The position numbers and the translations under genes are program-made. Positions 19,624 through 28,203 of a stretch of 64,000 nucleotides of DNA are shown here, piece after piece. Position 1 is the first letter of the stretch, and each line of letters starts with the position of its first letter. A model generated the notes under the pieces. The model saw nothing but the letters and a program-made list of their open reading frames with translations, did no database searches and was not told the DNA's origin. This DNA is from Candidatus Bathyarchaeota archaeon (GTDB lineage: Archaea > Thermoproteota > Bathyarchaeia > Bathyarchaeales > Bathycorpusculaceae): positions 128,001 through 192,000 of the forward strand of contig CAWGZR010000009.1 in NCBI GenBank assembly GCA_963827165.1, given 5' to 3'.

Positions 19624-19911
19624 CTAAGCTTTTACTGGACTCAGGTACATATGCAGTTTGTCTTTTGCAACTTTTAAGTGTAATCCAGTGTCTGTCCAGA
19701 TGCCAGTCCCTTTCTCTAAAGCTGTAACGTTTAGATTGTTTCGCACTCCGCCTTTCTTTGCTCCAAGAACTGATTCAGCTACGTTTTTGTCCAATTCGAC
19801 TTCGAGATGAGTTACTTTCCACTCATTGGCGTCTACTTCCAGTTCTTTTATTTTGCCTATTTTTTCATCTAATGCAAACACGTCTTTGTCCATAAATTCT
19901 TTACTTTTCAT
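19624..19911 (-). CDS. PRC-barrel domain protein
   Basis: EFMDKDVF...KIGKIKELEVD..WKVTHLEV; GGAGG SD. Confidence 0.8.
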   Translation of the reverse strand: MKSKEFMDKDVFALDEKIGKIKELEVDANEWKVTHLEVELDKNVAESVLGAKKGGVRNNLNVTALEKGTGIWTDTGLHLKVAKDKLHMYLSPVKA

Positions 19912-19983
19912 AAATTGTCTGACCTCCTTTTACGCTCAAGACTTGAGCTACCTTATAAAGAGTCATTGGCTGGGTTAAACTCG

Positions 19984-20007
19984 TGTGACTGTGAATCAAC
20001 ACCTACA
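19984..20007 (-). promoter_or_regulatory. 24-bp motif, site 3 (identical to site 2, inverted)
   Basis: minus strand TGT agg TGT tgattc ACA gtc ACA cgag TTTAAC. Confidence 0.75.
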
Positions 20008-20332
20008 GCCCTCCACAAATATTTAAACCCTAAATTGCCATAAAGCGCTGCTTCAATTCGTCTCTGAAAGTTTCCTGTAAATGCTTCGCACATAACGGCA
20101 CTGTCAAAAGCTTGCTACGAACATCATGCCTTATTTAACTGCCCACTAACTCTGAGCCTTAATTTAACTCATGAATTTTGTCTATAGTATTCGATAATGA
20201 AGTTAAAGAAAACGTCAGGTCAGTCTCGGTACTTTCGTTTTTCCTGGAGGCTTTTTGGTTCTTGGAGCTTTGACATCGCTAAACTCGTTTCTTAACTTGT
20301 TGAGCGTGGGTGTCGGGTACGTAGTGATAGGT

Positions 20333-20356
20333 TGTAGGTGGGATACTACATAGACA
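20333..20356 (+). promoter_or_regulatory. 24-bp motif, site 4
   Basis: TGT agg TGG gatact ACA tag ACA tcaac TTAATA. Confidence 0.7.
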
Positions 20357-20419
20357 TCAACTTAATAGCGATTTACGCTCTATTCTATTCATAGTTCTGA
20401 TGGAGGTTTTTAGGTTCAG

Positions 20420-20734
20420 ATGAGTCTTACTGAGTTTGAGAAATCAAAGAAGCAAAGGCCGAAGGAGATGATTTGCGCTGAGACCTCGTTGGGATCCAAG
20501 ACTTCTAACGCAGAGCGAAGTCTGAAGGAACGTTTGCCACTCATTAAATGCGAGTGCGGAACCGAGATCTTGTTGCTGCCCGATTTGGTGGCTATGGACC
20601 GCGCTATCGATGCACATGTGGCTGAACACAGGAAAAAAGGGAATAACCCTTCTAGGGCAGCCACTTCTAGTCGTATCAGTCAGCTTTTAGCTCAATTAAT
20701 TTTAAGGAAGGCAAGTGAAGACACGCTTCATTAA
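20420..20734 (+). CDS. hypothetical protein, putative CxC...HxxxH zinc site
   Basis: IKCECG...AHVAEH; GGAGG upstream. Confidence 0.7.
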   Translation: MSLTEFEKSKKQRPKEMICAETSLGSKTSNAERSLKERLPLIKCECGTEILLLPDLVAMDRAIDAHVAEHRKKGNNPSRAATSSRISQLLAQLILRKASEDTLH

Positions 20735-20845
20735 TTATCAGCTGTTCCCGAAAAAAGAAGATAGAGCGCTTGCTTTGTTGAAGTATAATAATCAAATATG
20801 GAAAAAATAAGATAAGAACGAAAGATATTGAGATGAAATTAAGTT

Positions 20846-21619
20846 ATGGCAGTTTTAAAAATTTTCGAGCCGTCAGTAGACTTTGTTGACAAGTGTGAGA
20901 ATTTGCATGTAGGCTATTCACCTTTAGAAAAACATAATCCGGATTTTAGCTCAACTCAGGTTATCGTTGCAGCTTTGAACGAAGAAGAGGGAATTGGACT
21001 TACGATCGCAGAACTTATGGATAATCTTAATTCGCCTCATATCCTAGTTGTTGACGGTCATAGCAACGACAGGACTGTGGAGATCGCAAAGAATCTTGGT
21101 GTGGATATTGCTTTTCAAGACGGCGTTGGCAAAGGAGATGCCATCGTTAAAGCGTTAAGACTAACACACGGCGACGTAGATTATGTTGTACTTACGGATG
21201 CTGATTTCACTTACCCAGCTAAGCATGTTCCCGAGATGATTAAAATTTTAGAGCAAAACCCTGATGTGGGCATGGTTTGTGGTAACCGATTTACATCTCA
21301 ACTAGATAACAAAGCGTTGATCAACCGATTTTATTTGGGAAACAAGCTTCTTGCGTTCAGTCATAATATTCTAAACGGCATAACTCTTAACGATCCCTTA
21401 ACAGGTCTGCGCGTCATTCGAGCAGAACTACTCAAAAACCTGAAATTGAAATCGAGTGGCTTTGACATCGAAGTAGAACTAAATAGCATAGTACAGAAGA
21501 AAGGTTATAAAACAGTTGAAGTGCCAATAGAATATCGCCAAAGAATAGGTGAGAAAAAACTCAAAATGAAGCATGGTTTAACAATATTCAAAAGAATAGT
21601 GACTGAAATGATGTTTTAA
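20846..21619 (+). CDS. glycosyltransferase family 2 (DPM1-like), paralog of 16584..17351
   Basis: AALNEE, VVDGHSNDRT, GKGDAI, TDAD. Confidence 0.92.
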   Translation: MAVLKIFEPSVDFVDKCENLHVGYSPLEKHNPDFSSTQVIVAALNEEEGIGLTIAELMDNLNSPHILVVDGHSNDRTVEIAKNLGVDIAFQDGVGKGDAIVKALRLTHGDVDYVVLTDADFTYPAKHVPEMIKILEQNPDVGMVCGNRFTSQLDNKALINRFYLGNKLLAFSHNILNGITLNDPLTGLRVIRAELLKNLKLKSSGFDIEVELNSIVQKKGYKTVEVPIEYRQRIGEKKLKMKHGLTIFKRIVTEMMF

Positions 21620-21853
21620 TTAGCGCGCTCGGGAACGGAACCTTTTCTAAAAGGCATTCATGTTTACACTTAAAACCAGATATATCCTAAAAGGGAAAAA
21701 AAGACTATAATTCGCGTTTTTTTGAGGATGAGCTCGGTAGAGATTAACACTTTCAGGTTTGAATCCAATGATTTTCTTTATGAAGAAAATGGGACCATGT
21801 TCTTGATTGTCATGACTATATCTTTTTCACGCGCGCGGCACTGATTGAAAAAC

Positions 21854-22834
21854 TTATCGAATTCGTAGATCCTTTTTTCTTTCAATCAAGTCTGTGATTT
21901 CGTCAAATTCGCTGGTGTAGTCTTTATGTTCCTTAACTAATCTTTTTAGTCTGTTTTGGTTAAAGTAGCCTTCGTAGAATCCGAAGAACATAATCGCAAA
22001 GAATCCATACATTAGATAGTTGCCAAAAGCGGCCATGCCTTGCGTGACAACTAGGAGTATAATCGGAAAAAGCACACCGAGAGAACCAATATACGCAGAC
22101 ATTGCTCCAATTAGAGCGCCCATAACATCAATCTTATTATCATTTATACTCTTGGCCAGACCTGCTTTTCTTTCCCAGAGCGTTGACGTGTCGCTGAAAT
22201 CAACTGCACTAAACAAGCTATCAAAAGCTCCGATCGAAATATGGTTTGTTCGATTTTTGAAGGCGCTGTTCATTTTTTGGTGATAGAACTCGCGATGTTC
22301 TTGGTATTCACGCTTTATGATGGTAGCATCTATGTACGGTGTCCTTCTAACCATGCGAATAGCGTACTTTACGTTTTCAACAAACTTTTTGCCGACGAGT
22401 TCTTGTTCAGCTTTTTTTGCCGCGCGTGCCTCATTAAGTATATCTTGTTTTTCTTCATCCTTCAGAGTTTGTTTTTCTTTAGCTGTCATCATTTTGTGCG
22501 AAAATCGATGGTCATTAATACATTTGTAAATTATAGTTGAAAAGGGGTGAGGTACATAGAATTCTGAGACTTTTTCTGCACAATAGGGGCATATGTATCC
22601 AGAATCGTGCCAATCTGGGTCTTCAGTTATCTTCTTTCCATTATTTTTTTCCCATTGTTTTATCCAATGTCTTGTCTGACCCCAGCCACCGCTTAAACTG
22701 AGATAAAGAACTTTTGATTCTTTTATCGCTTGAATGATATCTTCTTCTGTTCGCGCTTGAATCTTTTCAACTTTTGTTTTGGTTTGCTCTTGCTGCGTTT
22801 TCTCTTCTATTGTGGGCTTTTCTATTTCATACAT
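21854..22834 (-). CDS. hypothetical membrane protein with zinc-ribbon
   Basis: CPYC...C-x3-H, charged helical region, two C-terminal TM segments. Confidence 0.75.
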   Translation of the reverse strand: MYEIEKPTIEEKTQQEQTKTKVEKIQARTEEDIIQAIKESKVLYLSLSGGWGQTRHWIKQWEKNNGKKITEDPDWHDSGYICPYCAEKVSEFYVPHPFSTIIYKCINDHRFSHKMMTAKEKQTLKDEEKQDILNEARAAKKAEQELVGKKFVENVKYAIRMVRRTPYIDATIIKREYQEHREFYHQKMNSAFKNRTNHISIGAFDSLFSAVDFSDTSTLWERKAGLAKSINDNKIDVMGALIGAMSAYIGSLGVLFPIILLVVTQGMAAFGNYLMYGFFAIMFFGFYEGYFNQNRLKRLVKEHKDYTSEFDEITDLIERKKDLRIR

Positions 22835-22991
22835 TTTTGTCCCTTTGTGTTAAAGAAATCCGTTTGGGGTCGGCTCTTTGTTTTTTAGAAACTCAAGGTT
22901 TTTTTTGAGCTTAAAGGTAGTTGCTCGATCACACACACTGCATGCTACCGCTTCTTTAACTAAAAAATCTTCATTTCCATATTTATGCGTG

Positions 22992-23015
22992 TGTGGATGG
23001 GACGCCCCAGCAACA
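22992..23015 (-). promoter_or_regulatory. 24-bp motif, site 5
   Basis: minus strand TGT tgc TGG ggcgtc CCA tcc ACA cacgc ATAAATA. Confidence 0.55.
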
Positions 23016-23124
23016 TTAAAGCCAGTTTGGGCAAAATTTTTTTAATAATTCAATTTCTGAAAGATAATACTAATGGAACATGATAATTAAGAGATAATAG
23101 AGATTTTTTAACATCCTACCGCTC

Positions 23125-23148
23125 TGTCGGTGTGAGACAACAGTTACA
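23125..23148 (+). promoter_or_regulatory. 24-bp motif, site 6
   Basis: TGT cgg TGT gagaca ACA gtt ACA cagac TTAATA. Confidence 0.75.
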
Positions 23149-23197
23149 CAGACTTAATAGAGATTTGCGCCCATATGTAACTTAGAAGACATAATTT

Positions 23198-23620
23198 ATG
23201 AACAATCTTATCATTGGAAATATCAGTTTAATGAGCCTTATCGTAACTATAATTGGCTTGATTATTCTTTGGGTAGTAGTCTCAATACCCGTATGGCTAG
23301 CCGGCAAGGCATTAACTGGCGGAAAAGCCACCTTTGGGGAAGCCATGCTTGCCACACTGTTTGGCCCAATAGTTTATGCTATCACGTTGTTCGTAGTGGG
23401 CTACTTCCTGGGAACGCTAATTGGCTCAACCGCGTATGTAATCGCATTAATTTTAGCGCTTTTAGCGTGGATATGGGTCTACAAAGCAAGCTTCAGAATA
23501 GGCTGGCTAAGCGCAATCGCAATAGCAATACTGGCATGGATAATCTTCGTCGTAATAAGCATAATATTTGGAGCCCTCTTCGGCATAGTGGTTCCGGGAA
23601 CGTTCTTCCCCCACATTTAA
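23198..23620 (+). CDS. integral membrane protein (about 4 TM)
   Basis: Hydrophobic 140-aa ORF. Confidence 0.8.
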   Translation: MNNLIIGNISLMSLIVTIIGLIILWVVVSIPVWLAGKALTGGKATFGEAMLATLFGPIVYAITLFVVGYFLGTLIGSTAYVIALILALLAWIWVYKASFRIGWLSAIAIAILAWIIFVVISIIFGALFGIVVPGTFFPHI

Positions 23621-23706
23621 AATGAACGTGAATTTTTTTCACGCAAAATTGTTTAAAACAAATCATTTGCGAAACTATACAAATATCCAAAGAGGTGAAC
23701 TAAAAA

Positions 23707-24027
23707 ATGAAGAATAATTTTGCTTACTGGGGATACATCCTTGCGTTAATAGGTGGAATACTCATAATCGTTTTTGGCTTACTTGGTCTTATAGGATCTT
23801 CTTTTGGCAGCACTTTCTCACCGGCTGGTTACTACTTGACGGGAGTAATGTACAGCATAGTGGCAATAGTAATTGGTGCGATCTGTGTAATTGGGTCAAA
23901 GTCCATTGGAATCTTGCCTTGGGCAATAGTGCTATTAGTACTTGGAATCGTTTCAGGCGGAATCGGAGGAGTCTTAGTTGTTCTCGGAGCCCTTCTGGGA
24001 TTACTTTCAATATTCGCTAAGTCGTAG
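23707..24027 (+). CDS. Gly-rich integral membrane protein
   Basis: 106 aa, 3-4 TM, GAGGTG SD. Confidence 0.8.
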   Translation: MKNNFAYWGYILALIGGILIIVFGLLGLIGSSFGSTFSPAGYYLTGVMYSIVAIVIGAICVIGSKSIGILPWAIVLLVLGIVSGGIGGVLVVLGALLGLLSIFAKS

Positions 24028-24139
24028 CCCAAATAGGTGAAACCAAAAAACTTCAAAAAATCTTTTTTCATGTAACTTTTTTGGTGATTTTCTGCAACAA
24101 TTGCTTTTCTTTTAGATTCGCGTCATTTATTGAGCTTTT

Positions 24140-24163
24140 TGTCGGTGTGGGGTTACAGCTACG
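24140..24163 (+). promoter_or_regulatory. 24-bp motif, site 7
   Basis: TGT cgg TGT ggggtt ACA gct ACG caag TTTAAAA. Confidence 0.7.
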
Positions 24164-24216
24164 CAAGTTTAAAAGCTGTATATACGCTTATAATTACAAT
24201 TGTGGAGATGTAGATC

Positions 24217-24543
24217 TTGGGCGCGGTAGATCAAGTATTTCATTTTATTACTTCTGGAAGCATAGGCGGATTATCACCTATTGTATTAATGATAATAATA
24301 TTCGTCGTGGGATTAATTGTAGGCTACTTAGTTCACTTATTCTTAAAGATCGCCATTATAGCTGCAATTATAATATTCATAGTTGCGTACTTCGGCTTCT
24401 TCGGCTTAAGCCTTGGTGCATTGAAAAGTTATGCAACCCAATACGGCTCAATTGTATATCAGTATGGAGCACTCATCATAGGCATCCTACCTTTGAGCAT
24501 TGGATTTATAGTAGGTGTAATCATCGGCTTCGTATTGGGATAA
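24217..24543 (+). CDS. small membrane protein (possibly FUN14-like)
   Basis: GLIVGYLV..FLKIAII..FIVAY pattern, 3 TM. Confidence 0.65.
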   Translation: MGAVDQVFHFITSGSIGGLSPIVLMIIIFVVGLIVGYLVHLFLKIAIIAAIIIFIVAYFGFFGLSLGALKSYATQYGSIVYQYGALIIGILPLSIGFIVGVIIGFVLG

Positions 24544-24615
24544 ACTAAACATTCCTCTACGGGGTTTGAAGGAGTCTCTCTAAAGAGATTTTGAAAAGAG
24601 GGAAGTAACTTCTCT

Positions 24616-24639
24616 TGTCTATGTCGCTTCCCAGTCACA
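24616..24639 (+). promoter_or_regulatory. 24-bp motif, site 8
   Basis: TGT cta TGT cgcttc CCA gtc ACA cag TTATTTAT. Confidence 0.7.
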
Positions 24640-24682
24640 CAGTTATTTATCGAACCAAACGATATTATTACAAGTAAAGTGG

Positions 24683-25135
24683 TTGATTAATATGGCAACT
24701 CCAGATGATATAAAGAACATACTTGGCTCCAACGAAAAAGTTGAATTATACATTGAGGAAAAAATCTATCATCCTCGAATTAACATAGAATCTGTGATCA
24801 TAACGAATGAACGGATAATTTTTCGGCATCCCCACGCGCTTGGTTTAAAGAAAGACTACACTGATTACAGCTATAGGGATGTAACGAATGTGACGTTAAA
24901 AAAAGGAATAAAACGTTCAACCATCAGGCTCACGGTTAAGCATGGGTTAGAAAATCAGGGAAAGCAGCAAGAAGGCGAGGATCTGGATTTGGATAACCTA
25001 CCAAACGATCTTGCAGAAAAGGGATATGGCATTATCAGAGAAAATATTGGCAAATTCCAATCACCATTTTCTACTGGATATGCGACTACTCCAAACGAAA
25101 CCCCAAATAGTCAACAGCAACCTAGCAACCGCTAG
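24683..25135 (+). CDS. bacterial-type PH domain protein
   Basis: LGSNEKV...VIITNERIIF...DYSYRDVTNV. Confidence 0.8.
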   Translation: MINMATPDDIKNILGSNEKVELYIEEKIYHPRINIESVIITNERIIFRHPHALGLKKDYTDYSYRDVTNVTLKKGIKRSTIRLTVKHGLENQGKQQEGEDLDLDNLPNDLAEKGYGIIRENIGKFQSPFSTGYATTPNETPNSQQQPSNR

Positions 25136-25322
25136 AAATCCTTTTTGCCGTCAATACTTTTTTTTTAACGCAGGTTTTTATTTAATAAAAATAAAGCTAA
25201 TTAGCGATCTGACTGAAGGCGTCATATTCGAATCTTGCCAGGATCCTTTTTTTAATCCCTTCCTTAACTTCAAGGAACTAAAAAGATAAATATGTCAGGA
25301 TACAAAAATATTAACAGATAGA

Positions 25323-26108
25323 ATGACGAACGATGAAAACACTGACCTGCTGCTTGGTTTGGGTTTGACTCTTAACCAGGCAAAGGTTTACTTGGCCGTA
25401 ATTAAACTCGAAAAAACAACAGTTGGACAAGTCGCGAGTTTTTCGAAAGTGCGTAGGGAAGATGTCTATAGGATTTTACCATCACTTGAAAAAATGGGTT
25501 TGGTTGAAAGATTACTGGGCAAACCGACTGAGATTAGAGCTACTCGCATTTCAGATGCCTTAAGCCTCTTGGTTGCCGAAGAAAAAGGCAAATTTGACGA
25601 GCGGCTTGTGGGAATGAGAGGTATAGTCCAAAAACTATCCCTTAAAGACTGGAAGCAAGAACTTCCTAAAGAAGAAAGCATTTACATACTAATTGCAGAA
25701 AAGAAATCAATTCTTGCTAAAACCGCGGATCTTATATGTAATTCCAAAAAAGAAGTCGCCTTAATTGCAGATAAAGGCAGAATTATGCCGGTTTTATTTC
25801 AATTTTCCGATGAATATACGCTCGCAATAAAGAACGGTACTGTGATTCGGTTGCTTTTTGAAGGCGAAAAACCGGATGCCATACTCAAAGAAAAAGTTAC
25901 AAAACTCATCGGTGCCACCTCGGTTCAGGTAAAGTTTCACGCTGAGCCTTTGAATCATTTTCTAATGTCGGACGATAAAGAAGCATTAATCACTACCTCC
26001 AAAGAAAGCGGATTAGGGGAAAGCCCCTCTTTATGGACGAACAATAGCAACCTCATAGGTGTGTTAAGGACAAGTTTTGAATCGGATTGGAAAAAAGCTG
26101 AATGCTAA
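25323..26108 (+). CDS. TrmB family transcriptional regulator
   Basis: LGLTLNQAKVYLA..VRREDVYRILPSLEKMGLVE wHTH plus C-terminal PLD-like effector domain. Confidence 0.9.
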   Translation: MTNDENTDLLLGLGLTLNQAKVYLAVIKLEKTTVGQVASFSKVRREDVYRILPSLEKMGLVERLLGKPTEIRATRISDALSLLVAEEKGKFDERLVGMRGIVQKLSLKDWKQELPKEESIYILIAEKKSILAKTADLICNSKKEVALIADKGRIMPVLFQFSDEYTLAIKNGTVIRLLFEGEKPDAILKEKVTKLIGATSVQVKFHAEPLNHFLMSDDKEALITTSKESGLGESPSLWTNNSNLIGVLRTSFESDWKKAEC

Positions 26109-26433
26109 ACCGAGAAACTGAGGTTTATACAGAGCGATGCCACTTTACAGTCTGCACAGCGAGACAATTCGTAATATTTCACAAACAAAGGCGTCGTTTT
26201 GCATCTTGACCGGTAATCCCCCGAAGAAACATGGGAAAATGTAAAATAAGCCGTTTTGGTTAGCACGCAATGTTAAAGCGACAGCAGAATGAACAATGGA
26301 TTGTAGCAGCAGCCTTGGCCGAAACCGCATAACCGTTTCTTTGCAATATTTTAGCCAAGTTGACAATACATCAACAGCAACCGATAGCAATGGTGCAATA
26401 ACTCTTTCTAGCCTTTTTCCTTAGTTTTCAACT

Positions 26434-26733
26434 TCAAACAAAGAGATGAGGGGTTACCTGAGCGGTTCTGTAATAGATTTCTTCACCTATCGCTTCCTTA
26501 ATTACTTTTTTCTCTATTTTCTTCTCTTCCGCTAATTTATCTAGAGCCTTCCTTAGTTGAATCGCAAGCTCATAACTAATCGGCTCTTTTGTGACCAAGT
26601 ATCCCAGGCCTTCCATTATACTTACAAGATTAAAAGCGCGATTCATGTTTTCTTTTTTGTTCAGAAAGGACATTATTCTGTCTTCAACTGGATGTACTTT
26701 TCCAGAATCCCATTCTTCAGTATCAATTGGCAT
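26434..26733 (-). CDS. hypothetical protein (winged-helix-like)
   Basis: RIMSFL..AFNLVSI..LRKALDKLAEEKKI..YY. Confidence 0.65.
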   Translation of the reverse strand: MPIDTEEWDSGKVHPVEDRIMSFLNKKENMNRAFNLVSIMEGLGYLVTKEPISYELAIQLRKALDKLAEEKKIEKKVIKEAIGEEIYYRTAQVTPHLFV

Positions 26734-27006
26734 TTTAGTCCCAATGTGTTAAAGGTTTTGTAAGAATTAAAGCTAGTACTTTCAAATTACCTCTTCAATT
26801 AAATATAACACAGCTTCTGTTTTGGGTATAATCTTTTCTTTATCGTAGCCAATGATAAAAACGCGTGAAATCGTAATCAATACCATGGCTGAAGTTAGAA
26901 GTGTCGCTTCAGAAACTGGAGTTGAACTTACATAATATTCAAGATGTGTATGTTTTCTGGCTGTTCCGATAAAGAAGAATATGTTAAGCTATCCCGTAGC
27001 ACCAAG

Positions 27007-27417
27007 CTACACTTTCAAAAAGATAACTTCGTTCAACAATCTGAAATGCTCGTCTCCCGTAACGACTTTTGCATTGAAATTTTTTGCCGTGCACAAAATA
27101 ATTGAATCGGCCAAACCCCAGCATTTCGCTTTTTCTTTTAAATCTACATTTAGTTTACCTGCGTCAGCTGCAATTTCAAAATCCAAGTCAACGATCATGC
27201 TTGTGGCGCGTATAAATTCTAGACGTTTTAACCTACCATCAGGGGTTTCATTTCCCAGTTCGATTTCCTTTTGCAGTTTTCTGCTGATTTCCGAAATCAC
27301 AATTGTCGGAGTGGCTGATTGTCCATCTTCTATATACTCTCTTGCGATTACCCCTAATTCTGAAGCTTTGAAGTATTCTATCCAAGCATAGGCGTCGATA
27401 ATGTATTTACAGCTCAT
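27007..27417 (-). CDS. vapC: VapC PIN-domain toxin
   Basis: IIDAYAWIEYF..E..LADSII..VVTGDEHF. Confidence 0.92.
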   Translation of the reverse strand: MSCKYIIDAYAWIEYFKASELGVIAREYIEDGQSATPTIVISEISRKLQKEIELGNETPDGRLKRLEFIRATSMIVDLDFEIAADAGKLNVDLKEKAKCWGLADSIILCTAKNFNAKVVTGDEHFRLLNEVIFLKV

Positions 27418-27607
27418 GGAATTCTGCCTCGTCCTGTTTCGAGAAAGAATTCAATTTACGGTTTGAGCCAAACATAGAGCAAGGAATTTTTTTTCTTTCG
27501 ACAATTAGTGTTCTTATTACTTCGTCGTGGCTTTTCATTTTCATCTCTTTCTTAACTCTATTGAGCATCTGAAGAGTCTTTTCGTTTACCTGAACTGTTG
27601 TCGGCAC
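27407..27607 (-). CDS. vapB: VapB-type antitoxin
   Basis: TTVQVNEKT..L...SHDEVI; overlaps vapC; palindrome TAACTATAGTTA upstream. Confidence 0.85.
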   Translation of the reverse strand: MPTTVQVNEKTLQMLNRVKKEMKMKSHDEVIRTLIVERKKIPCSMFGSNRKLNSFSKQDEAEFHEL

Positions 27608-27754
27608 TTTTCAACACGACTGTAACTATAACTATAGTTATAGCCTATTAATATTTTCATAGAAGATTTTGAATCGTCCATAATTCCCATCAACCGCAGA
27701 TGCACCTGCTAATAAATTCCAAAAATTAATATTCTCCCGCATGCCCAGATGAAA

Positions 27755-27786
27755 ATCCTTTCCCGCAGAGGTTCGCAGGTTCGAAT
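27755..27786 (+). repeat. att-like partial copy of tRNA-Leu 3' exon
   Basis: atcctttcccgcagaggttcgcaggttcgaat vs atcctttccctcaggggttcgcaggttcgaat. Confidence 0.85.
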
Positions 27787-27865
27787 TAACCCCTGCAACA
27801 AAAATAATCTAAATTTTTTATAGGAAAATTTTAGTAAGCCAATCCCTTAAAAGGTAATCGTTCCC

Positions 27866-28117
27866 TTGGTGGCTAAATTGGCTAAGACAGTCATGACTGA
27901 GCAGGAGAAGAGAGATCTTAAGATCATCGCTATAGAACTCTTAGAAATCCGCAAGCTTGTTGATGAACTTGCCGAAAGCTTGGTAAACTTAAGCGACAAA
28001 GAGTTGCTAAAGTTATGTAATGCAAACCAAGATAACGAGATTAAGGAAAAACAAGTAGACAAGTACAAAGAAAAACTGGAAAAACAACTGGACATCGCCG
28101 AAAAAGAATTTCGATAA
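27866..28117 (+). CDS. hypothetical protein
   Basis: 83-aa charged helical ORF. Confidence 0.6.
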   Translation: MVAKLAKTVMTEQEKRDLKIIAIELLEIRKLVDELAESLVNLSDKELLKLCNANQDNEIKEKQVDKYKEKLEKQLDIAEKEFR

Positions 28118-28203
28118 TAAGCACCCGAACGAGCATCTTTTCATCTGGAGGCTTGCAGCTCACGGGCGGCCAAAGAGCTTTTAGCAATTCAACTAAATGT
28201 TTC

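Larger units (their letters stand above)
14971..27786. mobile_element. degenerate genomic island integrated at tRNA-Leu (no integrase visible)
   Basis: 32-bp direct repeat of tRNA 3' exon (14971-15002 vs 27755-27786, 2 mismatches); VapBC at both ends; visibly AT-richer with small accessory ORFs. Confidence 0.65.

Noticed and set aside
18928-20007. Autonomous IS element
   Set aside because: No transposase and no target-site duplication; kept only as a regulatory or invertible hypothesis
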